Below, in pieces: positions 28,001 to 37,502 of a stretch of 58,168 nt of DNA. The notes under the pieces are model-generated. The model searched no databases, was not told the DNA's origin, and saw only the letters and a program-made list of their open reading frames with translations. The first letter of the stretch is position 1. Each line of letters begins with the position of its first letter. A program made the translations under genes and the position numbers. Source of the stretch: a virus (lineage: Duplodnaviria; Caudoviricetes); the IMG/VR virus record IMGVR_UViG_3300010354_000103, positions 1 through 58,168 of that record. The stretch is one strand, 5' to 3'.

Positions 28001-31000
28001 GGTTGTAAGTCAAACCTAACCGAAGTATTACCTAGAGCAGTTACAGTAAATACATTAGAACTAATATCAGCATAATAATTAGAATAAATCCAACCTAAAG
28101 ATCCAGTAGATCCTACTTCTCTACCCTTTAATAAAATATCTCCTGGTTTTGGTGATGAAAGACCAAATTGTACAGCAAATCCTAGAGTACTTAATTCCTG
28201 ATTTGGTGTATGATTCGATGGTGTATTGCCATCAGTTTGATCTACATGAGTTCTAATGCTATAGTCTTGACCACTGAGTAGAGTATTTCCTCTTGGATTT
28301 AAATTGAAAACACCAGCCCAAAGTTGATTCTTATGTAGTACAATATTACCATTGGAAGGAATGGTGCTTAAATCAAATGATTGACTATCTAGTGCTAAAT
28401 CATCTCCAGCAGTAGAAGAAACATTAGATACTACTGTTAGAGCATTTGGTTCATTTGCTTCAACATTAATTGTAACAGGATTGTTAAAGTTAGCATTACC
28501 ATCTACTGTAATATCTTTTTCAAATACTACAGGTAGTTCAAATGTAGTTACAAGACCGCCAATATCACCAGTTTCATCAGCAGAATCAACTAAAACTGCT
28601 TGCTCTAAGAAAGTTTCTTCACCTGTAATAGCATTGATCTTACGGTTACCAATGTAAAGATCACCATTAGAGTTTAGACCTGTATAGAATACAATACCAC
28701 CATCTTCTTTCTTCGATTGAGCATAGAAGTCTTGAATGTCGGAAAGAACAACTTCTTGGCGGAGTGGGAAACCAGTTGAGTAGTTACCAGGACCAAAACC
28801 TAGATATTCGAAAGTATGGTTACCAGAACGAGCAATAGATGGTCTACGTAGTTCAACATAAAGTTTACGCTCAGTTGGATATGGAGAATCACCACAAATA
28901 GCAATTTTTCTATCTTCAGACCCAGAAAGAGCATTTCCTTCTTGTGCTGAAATTGGAGTGTCAATATATTCATAACGTGATAAAGCTGGATTTTCAACTA
29001 GATCAAAAATAACTTCTTTTGTTTCGCTGTTTTTAGAATCGTTTGTAGTTACAAGTCCATGTACATAGTTGTTAGCAGCACAAACAGTAGCAGGAGTATC
29101 TTTAATTGATGTATTTCTGCTTCCATCCTGTTCAATCTGGAACCAAAGTGGATCATTTTTGTAGTTGAGTGGATATAATTGTGAAATCGGTTGAGAGAAT
29201 CTATAATTTCTAAAGTTCTCTCCAACACCTGGACCAGTTGGATATGGGGAAATATTACCCTTGATACAAGTCAAGTAGTAAATACCTTGCTGCTGATTTG
29301 GAATTCTTCTTTGAATCTCATCAATGTCAAAGATATAGAAAGTATCTTCAATTTCTCCAGCATCTTCAACAGAAATAACTCTATATTGTACACTATCATC
29401 ATCTTCAATAATGTCACCAGGAGTTACTGTTAAGACATTAGCATCCTTATTGCTGTAAAGGTAATCTTTTTTAGCAGACTTACTTAATGAATTATTATTG
29501 CTTCCAACACTATTCTCTTTTGCTAGTAAATCAGCATAAATCAATACAGGATTTCCGTTTCCATCAAATACTGGATTGTTATTAGCATCAAGTACTGGTT
29601 GAGAGAATCTTGTATTAACAAGAGAATTGTAATTAATATTCTTATTGTCATCAATATTCTTGATAATTAAATAATGCTCACCAGTTTCTTCAATATTAAA
29701 GTACCCCTGTAACCATCCACCACCTACTGAATAACCAGACCAAGTAATTCTACTTAAATCAGTAGTTGTAGAAGAGTTAACTCTAAATGATCCTCCTTGA
29801 GGAGCACTAATTTTTACAGTAGTAAACTTATCATTTTTAAGAGCATCATTGGTAATAGTGTGATCAAATACCGTTAATTCTAGCAAATCAGATCCACTAA
29901 TATTAACTTTTCTAGCAGACTGAATTGTAAAGGCAATCTTACTAGATGTTTTATCACTAGTAATTTGTTTTGTTTGACTTAATTTGTATGGATCATAATC
30001 AAAATTATCATTTAATTCATCGGCAGTTAAACCTAATTGCTGAGTAATTGTACCACCCGTTGGATTTGGTATTTGTGTCTCAAAATAAGCAATATTTGGA
30101 CTACCACTAGCAACTTTCTTAAGTACAATACGCTGTGGTAATAGTTTTCTTGTTTCGTCAGTTCTTGCTTTGATGACAAATCCATTAAGGGGATCACGTA
30201 CACCATCAGCATATTCTGGGATTACATAACGTAATCTATAAATTCTATCATTAGCTTCTCTTTCATCAGTAAGTCTTCTATAGAAAGTATTTTTACTTCT
30301 CTCATCCTTTAATGTTGATCCAAGTTCATGTAATCTTCTAATGATATTATACTGTTCTGTTGTTTCGTCTTTAACATTAATATACCATAAACCAGTTGTA
30401 GCAATATTTGTAGTTGTGTCAACAGTTTGTGCTGCCACATCAAATCTAACTGGACTTACTCTCTTATCAGCAAATACATAGAAATTTTTACCATATCCAG
30501 AAGTAAATGTAACTCTAGGTGTTCCAGCTAAAGCTTCTGCTGCTGAAGTGTGAACGCTAAAAGATTTAGAAGAAACGTATCTAGCATAATAGTATTGGTC
30601 AGTTTCTACTGGTTGACTTACGCTATTAACTGTAATTTGTGGCAATTCAGAATCATTAGGATCTCCAAATGTTCTGAAGAATATTCTTTGTACTTGATTG
30701 ATATTTCCTGGAACATCAAAGATGTGAGGAACATCTGTCTTGATTTCATCAGTTATCTGATTTTGGAAATTACATGTATATTGGTGTAGATCATATGTAG
30801 AATCTAGCGTATATTGCTGTAATTCAATTTCAACATTTGGATCAACAGCATCAGTTTCTGACGAATAGATGTAAATGCCAGAAGCAGCATTCTCTTTTGT
30901 GCTAGCAAGCATCAACTTAGTTGATGAAGTAGGACCAAAAATATTTGGATATTTAGTAGAATCTGAATAATCTTCTGGATATGTTCCTCTTCCTGGGGCA

Positions 31001-34000
31001 ATTACATAATAAATTGTGTTAGTATCAAATCCTCTAGGAAGTCTAATAACTCTCTTATCTGGATTTGTTCCTGCTTTTGCTCTAGGAACAAGTTTTACTG
31101 GAGTTCCTGTTTCGAAGTTATGTGGATTCGATGTGCCACCACCAGTATTAACTGTGAATATCGTCGATCTAGTGGCAAGGTTAGCAGTATCTAATGTTGG
31201 TTCTACCCTAATAATATTTGTAAATTGAGGAGTTGTTTTTGTAATTCCAGTTAAATTACCAGGAATTTCTTCTGTGCCAATTGATTGAACAATTATTCCC
31301 ATCAATGTGTTAATATTAGAAGCAATATTAGCACAGGTTGGACTTGAAGGATCAACAATAATTGAAAGATCTGTATATTGTTCTAATGAAGATCCAATAA
31401 TAGTAATAGGTTCGTTTCTCATGGCTTCGATAGCCATGAGTGCTACTTGGTTGTAAACATAGACAGATTGCTCTCTTTCACCAACTAATAAAGATGGTTG
31501 AGTAGCATAAATCAAGGCAGCTTCGTAGATTTTGCTGTTAGATCCATACTTAATGTTAAATGCTAAAGCATCAATAACTTGTAGAACATCATCAATACAA
31601 TTTTGGTTACCACCAGGAACAGAGAATCCTGGGTATTGTTGTAACATTCTAGCAACAGCAACTTCAGCAATAAGTTGTTTATTTGATGTAATTAAATTTG
31701 AAGCATCAATATATCTACCACTTAAAGGAGTTAGTCCTTGATTTAAAATTAGATTGACATTACTAAAATATCCCTGAATAGTAGTTTCAATATTATTACA
31801 CTCTGGATAACCTTTATCTGTTCCATCCCAGGTGCTGGTATCTTGAATGATAGAAGGATCTTTTGTGGCAAACTGTGCTGCCCATACACCCTGTAAATTA
31901 TTTTCACTATCAGTCAATGATCCTGTCTTAGGCAATTCAAAGTAGAGATATGTACCACCACTAGTAGTTGTAAGAGCATTTACTGGTGTGCCGCTGTTTA
32001 ATTTGCTGCCTTGAGTACCAATTTCTATTTGAGTAGCATCAACAATCCTCTTAACATAAACATTAGAAGGAATAGCAGCATTGCTTGTAACTTCTACTGC
32101 TCCAGGATTTAATCTTCCATCAGTGAAATTAGTAGTATTATAAGCATATTGTGTTACTTTCATTCCAACAAGAATACCACTAGTATCACCAATATCAATA
32201 ATAGCCGATCCAGCATTAGTAGAGCAATTTCTAACTAAGTAATCAAAATTTCTCATTGCTGAGATACAAAGATTTTTCACATAGTCAAGTGCTTCAATTG
32301 TTTCATTCAATTCATTTGGAATATAAGCAAGTTGACCACCTACATAGTATCCTTCGGCGGCTTGAATAGTATTAATATTTCCACCCAATCTCAAATCTTG
32401 AACAACAGCATCTACAAAATAACCAATATCTCGTTGACACTTGGAAATAGTAATATTAGTATTAGTTAAAAGATCTGGATACTTCTCGGTAATATAACCG
32501 TATGCTTCTTGCTGAATGAATAACTTATTATCTTCTACTCTATTAGCAGCATCCTGGGCAAGATTATCAATAGAAATACCATCTGGATTCAAAGTGTCCA
32601 AAGATACAGTATATCTCTTAAATCCTGATGGTTCTAGTGTACAATTATATTCTTCAGTAGCGCCAGTTGTTGACTTAAGTTTCAAATAAATCTTTTCATC
32701 GCTCTTAGCACCTAATCTATATCCTTCAATGGTAGTAGTTGGTTTTGTGAAAGGATCTGAAGCATTGTCAGCACCATAATACAACTTAGTATTATTAGAG
32801 TCAAGTTTTGTTGGTTGTAAAGCAAGTGAATAGTACTTTAATGTATTTTCATTGAAAGCACTATCATCAATTTCTTTAACTGGAATAATATCAGTAATAT
32901 AACCACCTTTGTCTTGGTTAAAGGCAAATCCTTTAAATCCAGTGGCATGAAGTGAAGTATTACCGAAGTTAGAGTTAGAGTTGGTGATAGACATATCACC
33001 ACCAGACTCCATCAAAAAGTGATCATGGAAACCTACAGCGAATACAGATACACACTGAATGAAAGCATCATTAGAAGCACGGATGTGGAAGTTTCTCCAA
33101 TCATCCTTCCAGTAAGCATCTCCTTTGGTGTGGTAAGGTACTGTAGCAAAAGCATCAGTCAGTGATGCCTGATTCCAAGTGTTAGTAAATTCATCATAAC
33201 GAATGAATGCCCTATCGTCCTTCTGTAGAGATACACCAGTGTACTGGGCAACAACCATTGAGCGGAAACCAGTTGATTTGGCACCATCCGCCCACATTCC
33301 ACAAATACCCCAAGTAGAACGAATTGAACAGTTAAAGACATATGGAGAAGCAGACTCAACGGAATCAATTTCTGCCTGTGAACGAGCGTTAATGCTTAAT
33401 GAAGGAGTTGTTCCTGTGCTATATCCATCTGTTGTAATGTCTAATCCCAGAATAGCAGTAGTAGAATTAACTACATACTCAAATACTTTAGGATTTCCTC
33501 CAATATTCGTTCCAGTAACTTTAAATGTACCATTTAAAAGATCACTAAGACCATTATCAATAATGGCAACATACTGATCTTTAAAATATCCGTGAGCAAT
33601 TTTTGTAGTAACTCTTACGGTAGTCTTCTCTGGATTTTCGTTAGTAACTAACTTAATATTGACAATGCTTCTTGTATCAGAAAGAGGACCAACAATTCTA
33701 TTTTCTTGTGGTAGTGGTTCAAAATCTCCATCATCAATAGTTGGTTGGAATAGAGCAAATGCTCTTGCTACTTTCTGATAGTAACGATCCAGTTCTTCAT
33801 TTTCTGCATATTCCATGATGCAGATTTTATGGTGAGAATACTCTGGAACAGCAAGTTGAGAAACGTTACCTTTCTGGAAGTAAACTTTACCTACATTATC
33901 ATCAGTATCAAATAGAGGAGAATTTGATGACAAATCTCCATCTTTAATCGTAAATTGCCAAATATAGCAACCACCAGTTAAATTAAAGATTGATGTTCTT

Positions 34001-36078
34001 CCTTGTGTACCATCGGCAGGATCTGGAACATAAAGAGGACGAACAATAGTTCTACGAAGGTCATAACCAATTAAAGAACAACCTCTAGGTACAATAGCAC
34101 CACCAGTAGAAGCATTGAACTTATAAAGAACGTTATCTGGATTAGAAAGATCTAATACAGAATTATCTTGCCACTCCTCAAGTGCTTTACTATAATTAAA
34201 TACTGGAATTGTTCCTGTAACTTGAATATCAGCAAGTTCGTCTAAATTACCAGCAGTAATAGTTTCAGTTAAAATAGCAACTAAGGTATCAATATTAGTT
34301 TGAACATCAGTACATGTAGCAGCATTTCCTGAAGGTCCATATGTAATGATTGCTCCACCTTCGTCATAATCAGCTGGACCAGTAGAAAGAGTTAAATCTT
34401 TTGAATACAACTGATTTGTAACTGCCTTTTTCATCATATCTCTGGCAGCATTAAAAGCAACCACAGATTGAGCAGTTTCTCCAACTAATCCATTAGAAAT
34501 CGGTACACCAGATTTAGTAAAATATGACTTGGTGGAAGCAATAATATTAGCGTTTCCTCCATTTGCCAAATCAGAAGCTACAGCATCAATAATATATCCT
34601 AAATCTCTTTTACAAATTTCTTCTCCAGGAGTTACATCAGCAAATGTTTCTGGAGGAAGATTTGTTAAGTTTCCTTCTGTAATAATAGAAGAAACTAATG
34701 ATGCCAGAGTATCAATTGATGTGCGTACATTAGCACAAGATGCTGGATCGATATTCGAACCAGTAGTAGGATCTGGAGTTAAAGTATAATCTTTATAGTA
34801 AAGCTGATTAGTAACAGCTTGTTTCATCATGTCTGCTGCTTTTGAGAAAGCAACTAAAGATTGACTTTCTTCTCCTTGAAGACCTTGTGATATCCAAGAA
34901 GTTCCAGCAGCATTAAAATAGTTTTGTAGGAACTTTCTAGTGTATCTATTTCCTTCTCCTAAAACAATATCTAAAGAAATAGCATCTATAAAATATCCGA
35001 TATCTCTTCTACAGAAATTTTCTCCTGTTAAGAAAGTACCATCATTAATAGGATCAGGTAATCCAGCAATAGATCCATTACTAATAGCATTAGTTACAAT
35101 ACCAACTAATGTATTTACAGACAACCTAACGTTAGCACAAGAATTATCATCTACATTAGATCCAGTCACTGGATCAGGGGTAATTGTCAAATCTCTTATG
35201 CTTAATTGATTTGTCAAAGCAGAATTCATCAAGTCTCTTGCTTTTTCAAAAGCAAATACTGATTGTGTTTCTTCACCAACTAATCCATCATTAATTGGAG
35301 TTCCGTTATTAAAATATTGTAAGGTAAATTCTCTAGAATATCTATTACCTCTGGTAAATACATCCAAAGAAATAGCATCTACAAAATAACCTAGATCACG
35401 CTTACACTTGGTTTGTGTGGGAGCAGCTACTGGATAAGAAGCAACTGTTTGTGCCCAGGCAGTATCAACAATTTCTTGCTTATTTTGTTGAATTAAACGA
35501 TAAGCATCAGCAAAACGATAATTATTATCTGTAGAAGGATCTCCAGGAAAATAAAAATCTGGGTATTGAATAGCAACTTCAGCTAATGCTTTATCTTGAA
35601 TGAAAGTTTTATTTTTTTGAATTAAACGATACGAATCGTAGTATCTGTTCTTATCTTGTGTTACCTCATCACCAGGAAGAACCCAATTATTACCCCAAGC
35701 AACTTCATTGTATTCAATAGCTATCTGAGCATATGCTCTGTCAATAATCTCTTGTCTATTAAGAGTAATTAAATTTTGAGCATCATAATAACGCTGTCTG
35801 CCCTGAGCATCAAAATCAACTAATCCTGGTCTATTGTCAATGTAATGATCACCAGGCATCAACATGATGCTAAACTGGTCAAAACGATCATTATCCTTAC
35901 CAGGAAGATATGAGTAACGTGCTACCTCAATAAATGCCCTTTGAATTGTCTTAAAAGGACGTAGTGGAGAATTTCCCCTATTGTCTAACTCGTCAGTAGC
36001 ATTAAAATCGTCTGGCGATACATATAGATACTTTCCAGTCTTGCTTGAATAGAGATTATCAAGTCTTGTAAGAGCCAT
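25057..36078 (-). CDS. giant virion structural protein (tail fibre/baseplate associated), 3673 aa
   Basis: N-terminal LYVS...GNSPLRPFKTIQRA motif; beta-helix-like segments; C-terminal fibre repeats and LP..P..GD...D motif; late promoter upstream. Confidence 0.85.
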   Translation of the reverse strand: MALTRLDNLYSSKTGKYLYVSPDDFNATDELDNRGNSPLRPFKTIQRAFIEVARYSYLPGKDNDRFDQFSIMLMPGDHYIDNRPGLVDFDAQGRQRYYDAQNLITLNRQEIIDRAYAQIAIEYNEVAWGNNWVLPGDEVTQDKNRYYDSYRLIQKNKTFIQDKALAEVAIQYPDFYFPGDPSTDNNYRFADAYRLIQQNKQEIVDTAWAQTVASYPVAAPTQTKCKRDLGYFVDAISLDVFTRGNRYSREFTLQYFNNGTPINDGLVGEETQSVFAFEKARDLMNSALTNQLSIRDLTITPDPVTGSNVDDNSCANVRLSVNTLVGIVTNAISNGSIAGLPDPINDGTFLTGENFCRRDIGYFIDAISLDIVLGEGNRYTRKFLQNYFNAAGTSWISQGLQGEESQSLVAFSKAADMMKQAVTNQLYYKDYTLTPDPTTGSNIDPASCANVRTSIDTLASLVSSIITEGNLTNLPPETFADVTPGEEICKRDLGYIIDAVASDLANGGNANIIASTKSYFTKSGVPISNGLVGETAQSVVAFNAARDMMKKAVTNQLYSKDLTLSTGPADYDEGGAIITYGPSGNAATCTDVQTNIDTLVAILTETITAGNLDELADIQVTGTIPVFNYSKALEEWQDNSVLDLSNPDNVLYKFNASTGGAIVPRGCSLIGYDLRRTIVRPLYVPDPADGTQGRTSIFNLTGGCYIWQFTIKDGDLSSNSPLFDTDDNVGKVYFQKGNVSQLAVPEYSHHKICIMEYAENEELDRYYQKVARAFALFQPTIDDGDFEPLPQENRIVGPLSDTRSIVNIKLVTNENPEKTTVRVTTKIAHGYFKDQYVAIIDNGLSDLLNGTFKVTGTNIGGNPKVFEYVVNSTTAILGLDITTDGYSTGTTPSLSINARSQAEIDSVESASPYVFNCSIRSTWGICGMWADGAKSTGFRSMVVAQYTGVSLQKDDRAFIRYDEFTNTWNQASLTDAFATVPYHTKGDAYWKDDWRNFHIRASNDAFIQCVSVFAVGFHDHFLMESGGDMSITNSNSNFGNTSLHATGFKGFAFNQDKGGYITDIIPVKEIDDSAFNENTLKYYSLALQPTKLDSNNTKLYYGADNASDPFTKPTTTIEGYRLGAKSDEKIYLKLKSTTGATEEYNCTLEPSGFKRYTVSLDTLNPDGISIDNLAQDAANRVEDNKLFIQQEAYGYITEKYPDLLTNTNITISKCQRDIGYFVDAVVQDLRLGGNINTIQAAEGYYVGGQLAYIPNELNETIEALDYVKNLCISAMRNFDYLVRNCSTNAGSAIIDIGDTSGILVGMKVTQYAYNTTNFTDGRLNPGAVEVTSNAAIPSNVYVKRIVDATQIEIGTQGSKLNSGTPVNALTTTSGGTYLYFELPKTGSLTDSENNLQGVWAAQFATKDPSIIQDTSTWDGTDKGYPECNNIETTIQGYFSNVNLILNQGLTPLSGRYIDASNLITSNKQLIAEVAVARMLQQYPGFSVPGGNQNCIDDVLQVIDALAFNIKYGSNSKIYEAALIYATQPSLLVGEREQSVYVYNQVALMAIEAMRNEPITIIGSSLEQYTDLSIIVDPSSPTCANIASNINTLMGIIVQSIGTEEIPGNLTGITKTTPQFTNIIRVEPTLDTANLATRSTIFTVNTGGGTSNPHNFETGTPVKLVPRAKAGTNPDKRVIRLPRGFDTNTIYYVIAPGRGTYPEDYSDSTKYPNIFGPTSSTKLMLASTKENAASGIYIYSSETDAVDPNVEIELQQYTLDSTYDLHQYTCNFQNQITDEIKTDVPHIFDVPGNINQVQRIFFRTFGDPNDSELPQITVNSVSQPVETDQYYYARYVSSKSFSVHTSAAEALAGTPRVTFTSGYGKNFYVFADKRVSPVRFDVAAQTVDTTTNIATTGLWYINVKDETTEQYNIIRRLHELGSTLKDERSKNTFYRRLTDEREANDRIYRLRYVIPEYADGVRDPLNGFVIKARTDETRKLLPQRIVLKKVASGSPNIAYFETQIPNPTGGTITQQLGLTADELNDNFDYDPYKLSQTKQITSDKTSSKIAFTIQSARKVNISGSDLLELTVFDHTITNDALKNDKFTTVKISAPQGGSFRVNSSTTTDLSRITWSGYSVGGGWLQGYFNIEETGEHYLIIKNIDDNKNINYNSLVNTRFSQPVLDANNNPVFDGNGNPVLIYADLLAKENSVGSNNNSLSKSAKKDYLYSNKDANVLTVTPGDIIEDDDSVQYRVISVEDAGEIEDTFYIFDIDEIQRRIPNQQQGIYYLTCIKGNISPYPTGPGVGENFRNYRFSQPISQLYPLNYKNDPLWFQIEQDGSRNTSIKDTPATVCAANNYVHGLVTTNDSKNSETKEVIFDLVENPALSRYEYIDTPISAQEGNALSGSEDRKIAICGDSPYPTERKLYVELRRPSIARSGNHTFEYLGFGPGNYSTGFPLRQEVVLSDIQDFYAQSKKEDGGIVFYTGLNSNGDLYIGNRKINAITGEETFLEQAVLVDSADETGDIGGLVTTFELPVVFEKDITVDGNANFNNPVTINVEANEPNALTVVSNVSSTAGDDLALDSQSFDLSTIPSNGNIVLHKNQLWAGVFNLNPRGNTLLSGQDYSIRTHVDQTDGNTPSNHTPNQELSTLGFAVQFGLSSPKPGDILLKGREVGSTGSLGWIYSNYYADISSNVFTVTALGNTSVRFDLQPGVLTTDAAVNIVVGSVLRIAGLTGRFTNVNGIRAVTAKTSTSFTVICPFVITTSPNDPTVVTGSTIEISRNAWKETGILGGEALRTNTDNWGDFRLGINTLARAQHGAGGDQVNGFVSSAVQPRANLDVVGTVFISGKTLSTSPNNFISNTALAARTFNSEDNALLIGGDSTTPNSAATIRVMTTNSGRFGINTTNNGTLSTDLDRTFVVVGNARITEDTKLQSNLEVNGGTLSTSSTFFNLIPTNALSVNAFDVATSLNIASVTTSAQTINFGNIAATSTINLGAFSQTGTLNIHSAGTSSIVNLGTADNTSATSTSVVRIGGGYAKNSNSLENGSILKVYNRYAEFDGDIAFGRGLTNSTGIARIQSNAAQVDFLTLTTSKANIATSAATVNIGALGGTTTIQNSLLVLANTQMNGDTTLAGGLNSGQFQLRRGSFGVSTQTHNAGNNTTNFNIDLFKRQVINKTIDTEGLAAYGNTTWRVDPTNQEIYYLPLGETATSLEYEVGAYLLIDRSVQVLGQNTTLSPVGEQYSELVEIVEITNINNVSGPPSLRLKVKRARNQLTSSGGMVTDGTAPSGYKFLRHDHPDNAVLVRYNLSRNVSYLTTTLSAPINGTLQNATTGTFSGTVTIGDIFRLSPNAEGFLGELTYVNGVTETSIQRFVVNDGGAPATELFVVESTTGNTSIYGTTTAYKTITLSGSTTTGVDKLVVTDGTSGSNNAKFIVESSNGDTFLQGNLNVGGQSFDKFVVTGSTGNTLMKGGNLTITASDGTTNRLTLQNSTGNLTISGTLTSNGTGENVFSGDIRLTGGDLTVNKLVTNGGVTTETNIFKVNNTGAIDFAGQSGFFTPTGARKWVYAGGGVEIIEAVSNVNYFVAASANTVIKLPIAPTTGDMIRVVDVGGLLTYNTSLKFRAPTGIKIQGDSTNSGGSPDPGSTYNGGELIVQTPNAALGLIFIGATNYDGTATGAPTTQQGWWLMEI

Positions 36079-36116
36079 AATTACTCAAACCTAAGGTTAC
36101 TTTGTCTTCTTAGGAA

Positions 36117-36124
36117 TATTTATA
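36117..36124 (-). promoter_or_regulatory. T4 late promoter TATAAATA
   Basis: Perfect T4 late consensus about 40 nt upstream of the giant gene. Confidence 0.75.
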
Positions 36125-36130
36125 AACAAT

Positions 36131-36153
36131 AAAACCCCCTTAGGGGGGGTTTT
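36131..36153 (-). terminator. Rho-independent terminator ending the tRNA region transcript
   Basis: aaaaccccc-ttagg-gggggtttt inverted repeat with flanking A/T runs. Confidence 0.7.
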
Positions 36154-36193
36154 AAAGTCACACGGAAGGGTTGGTTCTTGGCAGTATCGCCAA

Positions 36194-36265
36194 CTGGGGC
36201 GGCGGGATTCGAACCTGCAACCGATCGGTTAACAGCCGATAGCTCTGCCGTTGAGCTACACCCCA
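36194..36265 (-). tRNA. trnN: tRNA-Asn(GTT)
   Basis: Cloverleaf; atcgg-ctGTTaa-ccgat; GGTTCGAATCC. Confidence 0.95.
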
Positions 36266-36271
36266 TTGTTT

Positions 36272-36442
36272 TTAAGATTGTATACAGTTCATCATATATT
36301 CCACAGTAATTGCTATGTCTTCCATAGCATCACGCAAAAATGGTTGCTGACCAGATTCTTGTCTAACAATAGGACGATGATCATCAGTAAGAGACCAACG
36401 CCATTGTTTCATCGTTTCACAATACCAAAGATTAATTTTCAT
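36272..36442 (-). CDS. hypothetical protein, 56 aa (MKINLWYCETMKQWRWSLTD...)
   Basis: Manual translation; fills the gap between the oxygenase and tRNA-Asn. Confidence 0.7.
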   Translation of the reverse strand: MKINLWYCETMKQWRWSLTDDHRPIVRQESGQQPFLRDAMEDIAITVEYMMNCIQS

Positions 36443-36448
36443 TGTTAT

Positions 36449-37063
36449 TCAAAAATTATTAGCGTGTAAAAATTGAGTGATACAAAATCTGCCCAGTTTT
36501 TTGTTCACATCATCTGTATTCATAGAAATACAACTAACCTTATGTTTCATCATAGATGGAAATATTACTGTTCTATTGTTCATCACATCGATCATACGTT
36601 CGTCTTCAAAATAAAGATCTCCACCAGAAAATTTTCTAGGTGTTTTGTAAATCCAAGTTAAAGATGTTATACAAGCATCGTCACGATGAAAATCATAATA
36701 GTCTTTATCTTCATAATATGACAACATTGTGAAATCGGCAATACAATTAAAATTTTTAAAAAACCAACTATTATTTTCTGATATAATATCATCCCAATAA
36801 TTAAAAAGTTTTCTATTTACTTTTAAAATATTAGAAAAATTTCTATCAGAAAAAACATGATCTAAAAATAAAGAATAGTTACTTTTTAATGGTACACCAA
36901 ATTCATCTAATGCTGATCCAGATTCACAGTCAGAACCCAAATGCCAAGCAGTTGGTTTAAGAATAAAATTTAATTCTTGCCAAATTAAACTTATTTCTTC
37001 TTCACTGTAATAATCATCAATTATTATTAATGGAAAATCAGAATCAACGTGATTAATTTTCAT
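36449..37063 (-). CDS. 2OG-Fe(II) oxygenase (prolyl hydroxylase-like)
   Basis: FHRD (HxD), FSGGDLYF, NRTVIFPS..KH.V, distal R. Confidence 0.88.
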   Translation of the reverse strand: MKINHVDSDFPLIIIDDYYSEEEISLIWQELNFILKPTAWHLGSDCESGSALDEFGVPLKSNYSLFLDHVFSDRNFSNILKVNRKLFNYWDDIISENNSWFFKNFNCIADFTMLSYYEDKDYYDFHRDDACITSLTWIYKTPRKFSGGDLYFEDERMIDVMNNRTVIFPSMMKHKVSCISMNTDDVNKKLGRFCITQFLHANNF

Positions 37064-37214
37064 GTTTGAAATGTTCTAATCGTATCCAGTTGAGAAGAGT
37101 GTTGTATTGAGAAAGACGGTTTTCATCATGTTTGGGGTCAGTTTTCAAAGAAAGACAAAAATACTCTAATGCTGTGATGACCATTTCTCGGTCTTGTTGT
37201 GAAAGTAGTGACAT
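37053..37214 (-). CDS. hypothetical protein, 53 aa (MSLLSQQDREMVITALEY...)
   Basis: Manual translation; GAGG upstream; overlaps the oxygenase start. Confidence 0.7.
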   Translation of the reverse strand: MSLLSQQDREMVITALEYFCLSLKTDPKHDENRLSQYNTLLNWIRLEHFKHEN

Positions 37215-37245
37215 TATGCCCTCAACTTTTTTTTCGATTTTTTGT

Positions 37246-37288
37246 CGGAATTTTTTTTTCCGAAATCATGGATTTCAATATTGAATTT
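37246..37288. repeat. copy 1 of a ~43-bp palindromic element (copy 2 at 38638-38680)
   Basis: cggaatttttttttccgaaatcatggatttcaatattgaattt. Confidence 0.7.
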
Positions 37289-37298
37289 TGAAATCCAG

Positions 37299-37380
37299 TG
37301 TCGATGAGAGGACTTGAACCTCCACGAATTACTTCACTGGAACCTAAACCCAGCGCGTCTACCAATTCCGCCACATCGAC
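37299..37380 (-). tRNA. trnL: tRNA-Leu(TAG)
   Basis: Cloverleaf with long variable arm; ctggg-ttTAGgt-tccag. Confidence 0.92.
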
Positions 37381-37429
37381 AGTGACCCCTCTGTTTGAGC
37401 ATCGTTGATAGGCTTGAGGGGTGTTATTT

Positions 37430-37501
37430 GCTTCTGTCTAGGAATCGAACCTAGTTTCCATGTGTGTTGTCCACCCGTCCTTACCAATAGACTACCAGAA
37501 G
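37430..37501 (-). tRNA. aberrant tRNA-like element (pseudo-tRNA), anticodon arm degenerate
   Basis: Acceptor CTTCTG/CAGAAG, D-loop TGGTA, T arm ctagg-TTCGATT-cctag; anticodon loop gacaaca lacks U33. Confidence 0.6.
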
Positions 37502-37502
37502 T

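Noticed and set aside
37223-37269. Micro-ORFs within the palindromic repeat (MISEKKIPTKKSKKS; MNSEKKSPP in copy 2)
   Set aside because: Very short, unequal lengths, no RBS; better explained by the A-tract hairpin
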